64,000 nt of DNA from the human T2T-CHM13v2.0 reference genome, Homo sapiens, in contig CP086569.2 of the NCBI GenBank assembly GCA_009914755.4, positions 8,736,001-8,800,000 on the forward strand, in the 5' to 3' direction. The translations under genes were made by a program, and so were the position numbers. The notes beneath the pieces are model-generated. The model was not told the DNA's origin. It ran no database searches and saw nothing but the letters and a program-made list of their open reading frames with translations. Shown in pieces: positions 38,600 to 52,990 of this stretch (its first letter is position 1; every line of letters begins with the position of its first letter).

Positions 38600-41500
38600 T
38601 AGTCCAGTGGTAAAAGACATCAGCTTTTATCTGAAAATGTCATAATTTCCCTCTCAGTTTTGATGGACAGTTTGAACATAAAATTTCTGTTTGAATTTGT
38701 TTTATTACATCACTTGGAATATATTAGTCCATTGCTCTCTGGCCTCGAATTTTTAGATAAGAAATCCACTTTTTAATTTTGAGGGTCCTCTGTACATTAC
38801 TAGTCACTTCTTTTGCTGCTTTCAAGGTTCTCTTTGTCTTTGTTTAGAAATATTGAATTATCAAGGAAGTTGGAGTGTGTTTCTTTGAGTTTATCTTACT
38901 TGGAGTTTATTGAGCTTCTTGGATGTTTATTTATTTCCTCACACTTGTGACATTCTTGGCCACTATTTTTTAAAATAGTCTCTCTGATTCTTTGTCTCTT
39001 CTCTTTGAACTTCCAAAATGTGTAAGTAAGGCTGCTTGATGGTGTTCCACAGGTTTTAGGCTCTGTTCACATTTCTTTATATATATTTTCTCTTCCTTCC
39101 TTAATAATTTCAATTGCTCTTTCTTTAGGTTTGCTGGTATTATGTTCTATCTGCTCAAGTCTGCTTTTAAATGTCTGTAGTGAATTTTTATTTCAGTTGT
39201 TTCACTTTGCATATCTAGAAATTTTTTTAGTTTTAAAAATAATTTTACTCTCTCTTTATTAATAATTTATTTGTTCATGACTCTCTGTGCTTTTTTGTTT
39301 ATTCTATTACCTTCCTAAGATCATTAATTTAAAAAAATAATTTTTAGTAAGCCTGCCATTTGGACTGTGTAGGAAAAGCTTGTGTTAGTTATTTTTTTTT
39401 TCTTAGAATGAGCCTTAATTTTCTATTTCACTTTATGGTTAGTGATTTTGTTAACGCTGAAAAAGGGCATTTACATATGAAAATGCTGTAATTTTAAAAT
39501 CAGATTTTCTTACTCTATGATTGGCTAGGGTTTTGTTTATTTATAATGCAGGCTCTTTCTGTCCTGGAAATCAGTCCTATTGAACTTCTTGTGTCTTTTT
39601 TGAGCCTGCACCATCTGAGGAAGATATGGTTAACATACTTATTTATTATGTTTTTATTTATATATATTTACTTTTGAATGTTTTTGTACATAAATGTCTG
39701 ACCTCTTAAAAGGAAAAAAAGTAAAATGAGGAAAAATATTCTGGCTCTCTAAATATTCTGAAAGTTGCTTGAGTAGGAGGAGGAAAAGCCTGCAAAAGCT
39801 TTCAGAAATGAAACAACGGCTATTCATCTATCTTGGGACTTCTATAATCAGAAGCAGCAACAGGTGCACAAGTCCTCTGACATTTAAATGGCAGGGTCCT
39901 TTCTGTTATCATGCCTCTTGCAAGCTGCTCCAGAGGTGTTTTCGAGGCAGCATACCACAGCAGTAGTTAATAAAGAATAAATAGCTGTTTTTCATCTATG
40001 CTATAAAATTGATAAAATTTAATTATTGTTTACAAATCTTGTTTTGGAAGCTGTAAACCTTCAGGTAGACTCTGGAATTCCAAAATAATAGGATCATACC
40101 AATTCTGACACTGCACCTATAGTGTAGTTGAAGAGACAGATATATAGTGCTCTGTAGTCACTTGTCATGCTTTTCTCAGAAGCTTGTATCATCTTACTTT
40201 TGGCCTTTCGGATAAATCATATACATTAATTTTTATCTAAGGATGCATTTGTGCCAGTCTTTGACTTTTTATGCAAGAACTCATATTTAAAGTTATTACA
40301 AGTAAAACATTACTTACTCTGAGATTTACTTGTTTTCAATATTTTATTATTTATTTTATCCTTAATTCTCCTTTATTTTTAAAATGTGGTTAATTTAGAA
40401 AAAAATTTGTATTTTTTATATTATAATTGGTTATTTTGGGACTTCAATTACTATTGTAAATTTAAAATAGCCTACTTTTAATAACACTAACTTGTTTCAA
40501 TAACCTAAAGTTTAATTTAAACAATATAAAAATGTGCTGCTTTTGTGCTTTTCCATTCTTTTCAATTTATATTATTATCTCAGATTATATGTGTAAACAC
40601 TGAGTGTTCAGTAATAGAAAACTTTGCCAGGGTTATAATAATAATTTTCTCTTTTAGAGAAGGTTAGTAACAAATTCTTTTAACTTTCCTTTATCCAGGC
40701 ATTTTTGCTCATGTATCATTTTACCTGTTACAGATTTCAGGTTTGATAGCATTTTTTCTAGTAAAACTTTGATATCCTACTACCTTATGACTTCTATGGT
40801 TTCTGCTGAACAATCATCTGTTAATTTTAATCAAGATTCCCTTGAACATAACAAGTTGCTTGTCGCTTTCTGGTTTTACAATTTTCTTTGTCTTAGCACT
40901 TGACTGACTATAATGTTTCTTGATGTGGCTATCGTTGACTATATTACGGTTGAAGATTTTGTCCTTCTTTAACTTTTAGATTCTGATTTTTAATTAAGTT
41001 TGGGAAATATTCAGTCATCTTTGCTTTCAGATTTTTTTTTTGCCTCTTCTTTTTCTGTATTTATGAGATGCCCATATTGCATGTATTGATATAGCTCATA
41101 GTGTTCTATTAACTTCTTAGTATTTTTTCACTTAATTTTTTTTTTATTTATCAGACTGGGTTATTTCAGTTTTCATTGCTTAAAATTGACTGAATATTTT
41201 CCAGCTCAAGTCTGCTGCAAAACTCCTTTATTGTCGATTTTCTTTCGGTCATTGTACTCTTTATCTCAAATTTTTCATTTTTTTTACATATTTTTTCTCA
41301 CTGATGCTCTCATAATTTTCTTTCATCGGTTCTGTCATTTTTCTTTTACACAACTTAAAACTGTTGTTTTAAATTCTTTGTCAATAAAATTTGGAATATT
41401 TTCAATTTCTGCATTTACTTTACATTAGTCATGTGTTTCTATTGGTTTTTATGTTTCTATTTTGCAGAAAACTATATTCAAAAAGTCAAAATGTGCTAAC

Positions 41501-41600
41501 TCTGAATTCTAGGTTTTCTTCATTTCTCCAAGGTATTTTCTTAGTTATTAAAACCTTAGCTTGCATTCCATTAGTGTTTTGAATAAGAGCAATGTTAAAA
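38600..41600 (-). mobile_element. Possible old L1 (L1M/L1P-type) fragments in antisense orientation
   Basis: The T-rich composition and wording are typical of L1 ORF2/3' region antisense sequence, for example ttggatgtttatttatttcctcacacttgtgacattcttggccactat and ctctttgaacttccaaaatgtg. No ORF is recoverable. The call rests on pattern only. Confidence 0.3.
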
Positions 41601-44600
41601 CTATCACTTTTAAAAACTAGATCTGTATTAACATTCTTCTTTAACTCTCAGGGGGATTGCTTATAATTCTGCCTTAGCCTTCATTTTCTTCTCACATTGA
41701 AGCTATAGATAAAATTGAGAATTAACACCTATTGTTTTATATACTTTTTGAGAATGTTTTCTGTCGTGAGCATGGGCGTGATTTTCTAAATCTTTCAATA
41801 CATTAAACTGCTTTTGAATATTCAGATTTTTGCAAATAAAGGTCTCTTCAACTTTTCCTCCTTTTTATAGTTTGTCTATTGTATAAAAACTGGTTTGTTC
41901 TCAGCAACTTAAAGTTTTATGACCAATTTCTGGCATTTTCAACCAAGAGTGAATTCTATGTTAGACAAAACAGAAATAAATGTGTTTCATCAATTCTTCA
42001 CATATACCCTAGATAGACTAGAAAAAAACACAATAATTTACCATATAAGGGCTTCTTTACTCCTTCCAGAAGCAGAATTCAGGGCCTCACATGGAAAATT
42101 GTGGATTTCAATTTTTATAAGCCTTCATCTGTGCTTAGGAGGCAGTATGGTAATACACAAAAAAATTTACAATTTTATAATTGTCTCTCTTGATTACATG
42201 TTAACTTGGCTAATATGAGCTATTTATTTCAAAGGTCCAGGCTGCTTATGAAAGGTATGAGTTTTCTTTAAATGGTTTGAAGTTGCCTTCCTTGCACTTT
42301 TCTTTTTATTTTTATCTATGAAACATTGATTGTTTTCTATTCTTGTAGCTTATTTGTATCTATGAGACGTATGTTTTTTCTCCTAAAATTGTGTTTAAAA
42401 TACTTAAATTATGTGTTGTACCTCGAATTTTGGATTTTAGATGTTAGATTTTTGTTTTAGTAGTTATATTATAGAGTTTTTTGTTTGCTTTTTATTAATT
42501 GAAGTTCTGTATTCCATATAAAATATATGAGGCAAGATCGGTATAAAGTATATTTTGGTTTTATATAAAACAAATGTACAATAATTTGCTTAAAAGTGAC
42601 TTTCAAGTAAATATCTAAATAAAATAATAAGGAAATAATCATGTAAACATGCAGGAAGTTCAACCAGTATGATGATCCCTGGTAGAAGCCTGCTTAATTG
42701 TTTAAAAAATAGCCAGGTCCCTGTTGCTGGAGCAGGCTGTGGAAGGGAAAGCATTATAGATGATGAGCTCATAGAAGTAACAGACAGTCCCTGTGATTGT
42801 CTAGGGATTTTATAGGTCAGTAGATTTCACGTTAGATTTCACTCTAAGCCTGGTTTATGACTGGAAGTGGAATTGGTAAGCTTGTTACTAGCATCTAGTA
42901 CTGAGAGTTTAGAAATGCTGCTAAATATCCTATAACCTAGGGTATTAGGCACCTTTGAAAAATTAACTGTGTTGAACAATCTCTCAAGAAAATTATTTTT
43001 AAAACACACATTTAGAATTATTTGATATCACATTTGAAGATTTCTTAACTCAATTTTTGGTTTCTTATATCAGAAGGATTTTCAAAAGCTTATGTAATGT
43101 TTAGTTCATTCAAGTTAGGGTAAGCATTAGTAAAGTGAAGTCAGTTTAGTTAATAAATGACTACAAACTAAACCACATATTTTCTTATTTTCTTCTTTTT
43201 TCCCATTGCTTTTTCAATATTTCTGTAAACCACTAATATAGAAAATTAAAACTCTAGGCAGTCTCTATTTCAGGGGTACCAAGGGAGAAAACTCAATCAA
43301 GGGCCTTTGGGATAGATCTAATCTTGACTAGAGGTTGAAGGTATACGTAAAACACAGACACACCTGTGCTTTGGCACACTATGTTATGCATTCACATTGT
43401 GCATACACATTGTCTTATGACATGAAAGTTGCTAAGATATTACAATAAGCAAGCCAAATAAAAACCAAGCTTTCAAAGATTATAGCTGGGGTTAGAGAAT
43501 TTTCGCTTTTGCTAAAATTGTTGAGTAGAATAAATACTCAAGTATCTTCTACTGCTTAAAAAATATTTTATAGAAGTTTGCACAGTGGGTATCTTTTATC
43601 AGAATTATTTCTCCTCCATCTTGTTCTAAGATAATAAAAGATAAATGCGTTCACAAAAATGCATATTAGACAATAAGATAAAGATAAATGAATGAGGAAA
43701 TTAATGTGAGAAGAAAAATATGTGAAAATATTAAGGTAAGTCCAAAAAGGAGGTGAATTCATGCAATGTAAAATCTTTATGTTTGAATCAGAAATTTGTT
43801 TCAGAACGTTAGCAGGTAGCAATATGGTAGTAATCCACATTTATAATGCTCAAGTTGTTCTCATTTAGCACCTGACCTGTTGGCTATGTAACTGATGCTA
43901 GATAGAGATTTCTCCACTAGCAGAACTTCTACTCGTATAGAGCTTGCTTTTCCTCCAAAATTAATAAATTGCTACTCAATGCCTAAAGTAAAAAGACATA
44001 AATTTTTTTCCCTAATATACTAAGGGAGAGCTATGCTATTTAGACACATTCTAGGAAAAATGCAGACAGCATGAAATCAAGGCATCGGACAATATTAAGT
44101 AGTATACAGAAGCTGACATTATTTGTAGAAAAGAGTTATTCAGGCAAAACTTGCAGCAAAAGAGGTATATTTACTGTGCTTTACTCACTAATTTGTCAAA
44201 GTGCTGGAACTGCTTTAATATTATTATTGTTATTATTATTTGTAAAAGCTATTTCACTGAGGCAGTTAGGTAATAGATTGCTTACTTTTATAACTGATTT
44301 AAATGGTTACATTTTACCATGATTACAGAAACAGTATTTCCTAAATCTGTGTGAAAGTTTAAATTGTCATTTTCTAAGAAGACATAATATACCTCTATTC
44401 TTAAAGAAATAAATAGTATATACTAATTCATAACTATTTATTAAGCAACTCCTCTGATGTAGATTCTAGAGCCTTGACAGTAACTAAATAGAAACATGAG
44501 TACCTTTGGAGTGTTTGTTTACAGAGATCATTATGGACCATTTAAACACACACACACACACACGTATATATGTGAGTTTTTTGTACAGAATTAGTTCATT

Positions 44601-44799
44601 TTATGACTCTCAAATCAGCTGACTTATTAAAATAAGATTTACAGTTTTAGTATTTATTCAAAGAATGTTTTTTGAGAATACATACAAAAAATTGTATACT
44701 TTGTCATCACTTTATGTGTGTGTATCATATATATGTGTGTATATATATGTATCTCTATATATGTAGAGATACACACACACAAACAAAGGGTGCATATGT

Positions 44800-45200
44800 A
44801 CATATATTGGAGGTTATGAAATATTAACTTACATGATCACAATAGGCTGTTTGCTAGCTGAGGAACAAGGAGAAAAATCCAAGTCCCAAAACTGAAGTAC
44901 TTGGAGTCTGGTGTCCGAGGGCAAGGAGCATCCAGCACAGGAGAAACATGGAGGCTTTGGAGGCTAGGCCCATCTCACCTTTTCTCATGTTTCTGTCTGC
45001 TTTACATTCGCTAGAAGCTGATTCGATTGTGCCCACCAAATTACGGTAGGTTTGTCTTCCCCAGCCCACTGTCTCAAATGTTAATCTGTTTTTGGGAAAC
45101 TACCAAGAGACATGCCCCAGATTAATACTTTGTATCCCTCAATCCAGTGAAATTGACACACAGTATGTCATATGTTCACCCCTTTTCAACTTGAATCTAT
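44800..45200 (-). mobile_element. ERVL-type 3' LTR (paralog of 50990-51450)
   Basis: Aligns with 51040-51420 through blocks such as acttacatgatcacaat, catccagcacaggagaaa.atg.agg, catctcacctttt, cccagcccactg.ctcaaatgttaatctgtttt and ccagattaatact.tgta. The outer end is obscured by a simple repeat at 44700-44800. Confidence 0.55.
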
Positions 45201-45503
45201 CCACATCTCCTGAGATAATACGTACTCTTAAAATAAAGACAAAAATGAGGTTATAGTTACACCTAACATAATACAAAAATGAGGTCATATTTACACGTAA
45301 CATAATAGAACTATCCTTCATACAATCAGGAACACACCAATCCCCAACCCGAACACTATTACGTAAAGTTACGTATACTCAAATGATGATATGAAGTCAA
45401 TATATCTTATGTCACATAATAAAAGGAAAGAAAAAATGAAGATATTTTCTTACTACATGTGTATATATGCACAAACTTTTTTAGCAAAAGAAGGAGGAAA
45501 TAC

Positions 45504-45852
<349 letters not shown>

Positions 45853-46559
45853 TCACGTGTTTTCAGGCGGTATTGATGACTGGCTTCTACTCCCCATTGT
45901 GTGTTTTCTTTGCCTTCAGTAAGGTATTCAGCAGGTCATTTTTTTTTTCCTGGTTTGTGACCCAAACCTTAATTCCTGAAGGATCTGAACCATTTGGAGT
46001 CCTGCCAGGATTGGGCTCTTGTAGTTTCCTATTGACCTTAATCGCAGGTCATAGTAATACTAAGACACATCCTAATGTACCTTCTCTATTCCATTCATAC
46101 TCTTCCTTACCTAAATTGTGGAGCAGTAGACTGATTTCCTCCTTGATAGTTTGGGTCAATCACCTCAGTCAATACTGTGCCTTCCTTCTTAGACTGTTGA
46201 CTCAAAGGTAGGAGAAGGCCAAAGTGTTTGGGTGTCAATCTTAACTTCTAGTTTAATGGAATCATGGCCGTGTCTTCTGGTGGCAGCATTCCTCCCTCTA
46301 GAACTAAGATCTCTAGGCCAACAGAACTTAACGTCTTGGAAACAGAAAGCAAAAAATGTTGCTAGTGGATCTCTTGGGGTGGTGGTGAGTGGTGACATTT
46401 CTACTTACAACCCTTGATTTTTGGACCCATGAATTCTTGCTGTGAGAGAAACAGTACAATATATTGGATGCTGATTCACAGCACACATGGTCTTCTGGAG
46501 AACTTTGCCACAGGCCCTTCAAAGTATTCTCTCATAATTGGCATTGTAATTGTAACTTC

Positions 46560-49500
46560 AAAGGGCCATTTTACCATTCTATTTATCTAGCTGCTTCAGG
46601 ATGATAAAAAGCATGGCAAGACCAGAGAATTTAATGAGGAGAAGCCAACTGCCACACTTCTTTAGCTTTAAAGTGAGTGCCTTGGTCAGAGGAAATGCTG
46701 CATGGAATAACATGATGATGAATAAAGCATTTTGCGAGTCCACTGATGGTAGTCTTGGTGGACACATTGCATGCAGAATAGGCAAAGCCATGAGAAATGT
46801 AAAAATTTATTCCAGCGAGGACAAACCTTTGCCCTTTCCATGATGGAAGAAGTTAAATATATTCAACCTGCCATCACGTAGCTGGCTGATCACCCCGAGA
46901 AATTGTCCCATAACAAGGGCTCAGTGTTGGTCTCTGCTGCTGGCAAATTGGGCACTCAGCAGAGGCCATAGCCAGGTCAGCCTTAGTGAGTAGAAGCCCA
47001 TGTTGCTGAGTCCATGGGCTCCATTCCTGCCAACATGGCCGCCTTGTTCATGGGCCCATTGGGCAATGCCAGGCTGGGGAAAGAGGCAGAGCGGTGTCCA
47101 CAAAATGGGTCATTCTATCTGCTTGATTACTAAACACTTTCTCTGCTGAGGTAACTCGTTGGTGAGTACTCACATAAAATAGAAGTATCTTCAGTTTTTC
47201 ACCACTCAGAATGACCCATCCACTTATCTTTTCCCCAAATTTCTTTGTTGCCAATATTCTAATCATGCTTCTTCCAAGTGCCAGACCTCCAGACAAACCA
47301 TTGACTAAGGCCCATTAATCTGTATATAAACACATATTTGGCTGTTTCTCCTTCAATGCAAAGTGCACAACCAGGTTCACTGCTTGAAGTTTTACCCTCT
47401 GGGAAGATGTATCTTCACCACTGTCCTTCAGGGATGTCCTAGAAAGGAGCTGTAGTGCTTCAGCTGTCCACTTTTGGGTGGTGGCTGCATATTGTGCAGA
47501 ATCACTTGTGAACCAGGTCCCAGTGTTAGTTCCTCTGTCAACTCATCATAAATAACTTCCCGTTAGGCCATCGGTGCAGGATGGAGGAGAGAAGGTGCCA
47601 TGGCCAGAGTGGGCCATGGTCTCCATGGGCATTTGAGCCACTTTCTCATGTAACTTACTTGTGCCTTAGGACCTGCTCAAGCCTTGTCACATATATACCA
47701 CTTCCATTTGATAATGAAATGCTGCTTTGCACAACCCACTTTATGACTAGATGAGTTTAAAAGCACACAGTTTATGATAGGCAGTTCAGCTCACACAGTG
47801 ACTTGATGACCCATAGTCAAAAGTTCAGTTTTCACCAAAGCCCAGTAATGGGCCAAGAGCTGTCTCTCCAAAGCAGAATATTTATCTACAGAAGATGGCA
47901 GGGCATTGTTGCAAAATCCTAGAGGCCTGTGCTGTGATTCACCTGTGGAAGCCTGGCAAGGGTTCCAAACAGCATTCCTATCTGCCACTGACACATCAAG
48001 TACCATTGGATATGTGGGTCATGTGGCCCAAGTAGCAGAGGAGCTTGCCCAGCAGACTGCACCTGTTGCAGAGACTTCTCCAGTTCTGGATGCCACTGGA
48101 AGCTGGCAGCCTTTGGGTCACTCGATAAGTGGGCCAGAGTGACACATCCAAATGAAAAATATGTTGCATCCAAAATCCAAATAATCCTACCAAGCACTGT
48201 GCCTCTTTCTTGGTTGTAGGAGGTGCCTAATGCAACAACTTATTCTTTACCTTAGAAGGAATATTTTGTTAGGCTCCACAAGACTGGACCCCTAGGAATA
48301 TTACTGAGGTAGGAGGTCTCTGAATTTTAGTCAGATTCATTTTCCATCCTCTGGTATAAAAATGTCTCACCAATAAGTCCAGTGTTCTTGCTACTTCTTG
48401 CTCACTGGATCAAATCAGCATAATGTCATTAATTATATGGACCAGTGTGATATCTTACAGAAATGAAAAGAAATCAAGTTCTCTCTGAGTAAGATTCTGA
48501 CATGAAGACAGAGAGCTGATATACCTCTGAGGTAGGACAGTAAAAGTATATTGCTGGCCTTGTCAGCTGAAGGCAAATTTCTTCTGCTGGGCCTTATAGA
48601 TATTAATAAAGAAAAAGGCATTTTCCACGTCAATGGGTGCATACCAGTTACCGGGAGATGTATTCATTTGCTCAAACAATAAAACTACATCTGGTAAAGC
48701 AGCTGCAATTTGAGTCATAACTTAGTTAAGTTTTGATAATTCACTGTTGTTATCGAAGATCCATCTGTCTTCTACACAGTCCAAATGAAAGCGTTGAAGG
48801 AAAAGGTGCTGGTAATTACCACTGCTGCATCTTTGAAGTCCTTGATGTTGACACTAATCTTTGCAGTCCTCTCAGGAATGTGATATTGTTTTTGATTTAC
48901 TATTTTTTATGTATAGGCAGCTCTATTGGCTTCCATTTGAACTTTTTCAGTGTAGTAGCCCTCACCCTACACATCAGGGAGCAAATGTGGGGTTCTGCCA
49001 GCTGCTAAGTATGTCTATGCTAATTATGCATTCTAGCACTGGGAAAATGACTCCAAGATGAGTCCTGGGACCCATAGGACACTCTGTAAGTCCAACCTAA
49101 GCTAAATCTCCATTCATTACCTGACCTCCATAAGCTCCTACTTTAATTGTAGGATCACACTTATATTGTCAGTAATGTAGTGGGGTCGTTCCTCAAGGGA
49201 AACTGGCCTCTCCTTCTTTCAAGGGGTTCTTGGTCTTTAAACTGGCTGTAGTTTGGAAACTGATTGGGGAGGGGGCTGCAATTCACTGCTTTTATAATTT
49301 AAAGTAATCTTTTTTTTATTTGACCCAAAAGTTATCTGTTTGTTTAACTTAAGTGTGAATGCAGTAGGCTTTCTCTCAATTTCACTTCCAGGAACACCTT
49401 GATTAATTAGTTAATGCCAGAGCTCCATAGGAGTCACATTATTGTAATTGCCACTTCCCTTAGTTACATCCACCTTGCCTTTGATGGTTGAGTACTGCCA

Positions 49501-50890
49501 CTTGGCCCCTGCCACCTGGGGATCCAATTTTTCTCATCGTATTTAAATTTTGCCGTTGAGTGATTGTGTTTCCCACCATTAAATCTGACATACACAGAAG
49601 AGAAATTACAGGGCTATTCACAGATGCAAGTGCTTCCCTCACAAATCTATTTCACAAGGCATTGGTAAAGGGTATCTCTTCTGGACCCTTCAAAGTGGAA
49701 TGAGTAAAGTCTAAGGAGATGAATCCACTCCACCATCCCAATTTCCCTAAGCCTCCAGATCTCTCTCTCTACATTAAGCCAACGAAGACCAGGCATTTCC
49801 AGCTCACTCACAGTGGGACATCTTTTAATCCATATTTCAGCTAACCAGGCAAATCAACTATTAGAATTTTTTTAGCTACCTGAGCAGCAACATTAAATGC
49901 AAATTCCCTACTTAGTGGGCTCTACTCAATAAATTCAGTCTGATACAATTCCATGATTCCTCTTCCCCCATTATCCCCTACACTTAATATTCATTCCCAT
50001 GCCTGTCCTCCAGATTTCTGTTCAAATAAATGAGATAACTCTAACAGTTCTTTTTGAGTGTAGCACACCACTTCATGGGTCACACTCTCCACCTCACCTC
50101 TAGGAGCCCACCAGAACTTTAATCTACTTATAGGTTTAGAAACAAACAGAGGTGTTGGGGATGGCTTCTGAGGAGAAATCATATTATCTTTCCTAGAAAC
50201 TGCCTCAGGGGTGGAAAACACTGTTGTCTCAGCCAGTGCAGGGTTTCTTTCTTCAGACAGAGTTGGAAAGGCTGATGGAAGTGTGGATCAGAAAGGGGAT
50301 GTTGCCACTTCTTGAGATGAGGAAGCCATTCTTTCTGGCACCAAAAAAAAAAAAAGTTCATCAGAGTTAACCACTCACTGTCACCAGATTCATCAGGGTT
50401 CTTCTACACATCCCTATTGTGATTTACAGGGTCCGTTTCTTTTTCAATCCATGCCCTCACTATAACAGTAGACACCTGGTGAGGCTGTGCATGCATCTTT
50501 TATTGCAGGTCAGTGACTTACATGATAAGAGCCTGTGTCTGTTTTTCCAGTTTCAGCTCTTGCTCTACAAATGATAAGATTCTTACTCAGGGCAAAATTG
50601 GCAGATTTGAGCCTCAGTATCTGCTTCTGAAGTTGGGAGACAGTATCCCTCAGTTCATCATTTTCTTTCATCATATTGTTCACTGAACTTAGGAGCTACC
50701 AAGCAGCTTCACTGTGTTCTTTGGTTCTCCACATATGGTCAAAGGTATTATGTATAGAACCACTAAACTCCTTGATTCTCACAATCAGTGAATCAGGAGT
50801 GCCAAATTCATTTATTTTGCATAAGTCTCTAAATGGTTTCCACCAAGGACTATCAGTGTTCTCCATATTATTAGAAGCAGAGTCCACAGA
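46560..50890 (-). pseudogene. ERVL-type (class III) internal region: gag start, RT, RNase H, integrase remnants
   Basis: Minus-strand motifs: RT NWYAPIDVENAFFFINI at about 48560-48660; RT connection FQWHPELEKSLQQVQSAGQAPLLLGPHDP (ORF 47919-48197); RNase H YSALERQLLAHYWALVKTELLTMGHQVTV (ORF 47791-48006) and SNQADRM (the C-terminal GNE.AD motif); an integrase-region ORF at 47048-47296; and a first-Met ORF (50696-50887) just downstream of the PBS. The region IN to 3' LTR (45200-46560, minus the Alu) is long enough for the dUTPase that ERVL carries. Confidence 0.55.
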
Positions 50891-50966
50891 CTTTTTGCAT
50901 CAAATTATATTAAACAGCCAACTTCAGAACCTCCAAAACCAATGAAAGAACTTTATTTTTAATGTT

Positions 50967-50984
50967 CTGTTCCTCTAGAACCAT
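50967..50984 (-). other. Primer-binding site resembling tRNA-Leu(UAA) complement
   Basis: The element strand reads TGGTACCAGAAATGGTTC. The expected Leu PBS is TGGTACCAGGAGTGGGGT, giving about 13-14 of 18 matches. It sits directly downstream of the 5' LTR paralog. Confidence 0.45.
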
Positions 50985-50989
50985 TTCTG

Positions 50990-51450
50990 GTACCAAAATC
51001 TTTATTAGTCAGGATTCTTTCACAGGGACAGAACTAATATCTATAGAAGAGTTTATTAAGTATGAACTTACATGATCACAATGTCCCACAATAGGCTGTC
51101 AGCAAGCTGAGAATCAACGATAGCCAAACTGAGTACCAAAATTGAACAACCTGGAGTCAGCCATGTGAGGGCAGACAGCATCCAGCACAGGAGAAAGATG
51201 TAGGCAAGAGGTTAGTCCATCTCACCTTTTTACGTTTTTTTCCTGTTTTATGTTTACTGGAAGCTGGATAGATTGTGCCCTCCAGATTAAGGTTGAATCT
51301 GCTTTCTCCAGCCCACTGACTCAAATGTTAATCTGTTTTGGGCAGCACTCACACAGACACACCCAGGATTAATACTCTGTACGTCTCAGTCCAGTTAAGT
51401 TGACACTCAGTATTAACCATCACAGGCTCCTGGGCATAAATTTGTTGCTC
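50990..51450 (-). mobile_element. ERVL-type 5' LTR
   Basis: Paralog of 44800-45200 in the same orientation. Together they bracket about 6.6 kb of retroviral pol-containing sequence. Confidence 0.55.
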
Positions 51451-51529
51451 CCCACCGAAGCTCCACCTTCAAGCAGTGACATCTTGAAGTCTGGGGCATA
51501 GGCTGATGGACAAGAATGGGAAATGATTT

Positions 51530-51660
51530 TACTTTTATTAAGTAAATTGCTTTATTAAGTAAATTTACTTTTAATTAAATTTAAAGTAATTTTTATTTAA
51601 ATTTACTTTTAAATTAATAAAAAGTAAATTTACTTTTATTAAAGAAATTGCTGCCCAATA
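51530..51660. repeat. AT-rich block built from inverted and direct repeats of the 11-mer aaatttacttt / aaagtaaattt
   Basis: The sequence gtaaatttacttttaattaaatttaaagtaatttttatttaaatttacttttaaattaataaaaagtaaatttacttttattaa. Confidence 0.85.
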
Positions 51661-51699
51661 ATCCAATCAGCAAGCACTTTATTTTCTTTGAACGATGTA

Positions 51700-52260
51700 A
51701 AATTACTGGATTCAGCCACACTGGAAGACTTGACAGACTACCAAGCAGCTGTGGAGAGGACCGACACACTGAAGGGCCTTCTCTCTGCTGAGAGCTAAGG
51801 AGGCATCAGAACTTTCAACAGCACACTGGAGCTACCCACCACAGGCTTTGCTGAGAGCTAGGGAGATAATGGAGCAGCTAGATAAACGGATAAGCTACCT
51901 ACTCCAAGATCTCTTCTATGCTGAAAGCTTAGATGTTGGGACCACCAGATATGAGGATTTCCCCACTGCAGAGCCTTCTCTCTGCACGGAGCTTAAAACT
52001 GGGCAAGATGACTAGCTGGATGGAGAAGATACCCGCTCCAGTTTCTCCTCTCTGCTGAGAGCTGGATGGTAATCACTGACACCCTGCCTTTAGAGAGGAG
52101 CTACCCACTCTCTTTGCTGAGAGCTGGACACTCATCAGGACATCTGGCTTGTGTGGAGGAGCTACCCAGTGAGGGGCTTTTCTGTGTTCTCTCATTCAGT
52201 ACAGCTTCTCTTTACATTGCACACTCTTTAATTGTCCATCTACGTCTTTATTCCTGAAGG
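51700..52260 (+). repeat. Degenerate tandem repeat of about 60 bp (6-7 units; ..ggagctaccca...ct.t.tgctgagagct.g..), probably U3 of a solitary LTR related to 33693-34760
   Basis: Units carry ctgctgagagct at 51790, 51850, about 51910, about 51970, 52052 and 52110. The tail cttgtgtggaggagctacccag....cagtacagcttctctttacattgcacactctttaattg parallels cttgtaaaaaggagctgcccgc...actgtactgtcactcaataaagcac at 34690-34750. Confidence 0.5.
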
Positions 52261-52914
52261 CAGAGCAATTATTTGAGATAAGCTGAATGGTGAAGCTGAA
52301 AGAGTTGTAACACAAACTGGGGGAAAAAAGACATACCTTGCTCATCACATTGTGGAAGACAAAAATAAGAGGAGAGCTATGACCCTTCAGGGTGCACAGA
52401 CCTAGGCACTCTCAAAGCCAGGGCTGTGACATCTTTAGGGCTTTGAAGTTTCTGGCATCTTCAAACTTCTGGGCACAACTCCATTCCTTAGTATAAGCTA
52501 TGGAAGCTGCTTGCAGAATGCCTGATCCAGCTGCAGCTTCTCAGTGAGATGGCACTTCTCTTGGCACCTAAAATTTCCTGCCCTGCCACAGCTGGCATGC
52601 CTGGCTATGTGTAGTGGCTGATGCCCACACTCGCTCATACACCCCTTGCCACTCTATGCCACATTTGCCCTTGGCAGGTGTTAAATCCATGCCTATAATG
52701 CAAGGGGAAGGCAGCCTCTCAGGCAGAGTGCGTATAACAAGCTTAGCAGGCCTTAGCAAAACTGAGGCAAAGGCACTACTGGCCACAGGGGTTTCCATCT
52801 GGCAAGGTGACTCCACCAAAATTCCAAGACAAAAGAAGCATAGCTACTTGTGTTTAAATGCCTTACATCTACTGGATCTTGAAATATTGATAATTGAGTG
52901 TCTTACAATGTGAG

Positions 52915-52990
52915 ATATAGATACGTAGATAGATAGATTGATAGGTAGATAAATTGTGTGTGTATGTCTGTGTGTGTGTGTGTGTGTGTC
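52915..52990. repeat. (GATA/TAGA)n then (GT)n microsatellite
   Basis: The sequence gatacgtagatagatagattgataggtagataaattgtgtgtgtatgtctgtgtgtgtgtgtgtgtgtgtc. Confidence 0.9.

Noticed and set aside
46189-46398. Possible dUTPase remnant of the ERVL element (minus ORF containing ..RRHGHDSIKLE..)
   Set aside because: I could not find any of the five dUTPase motifs convincingly. It is left unannotated, although the region is long enough for a dUTPase.
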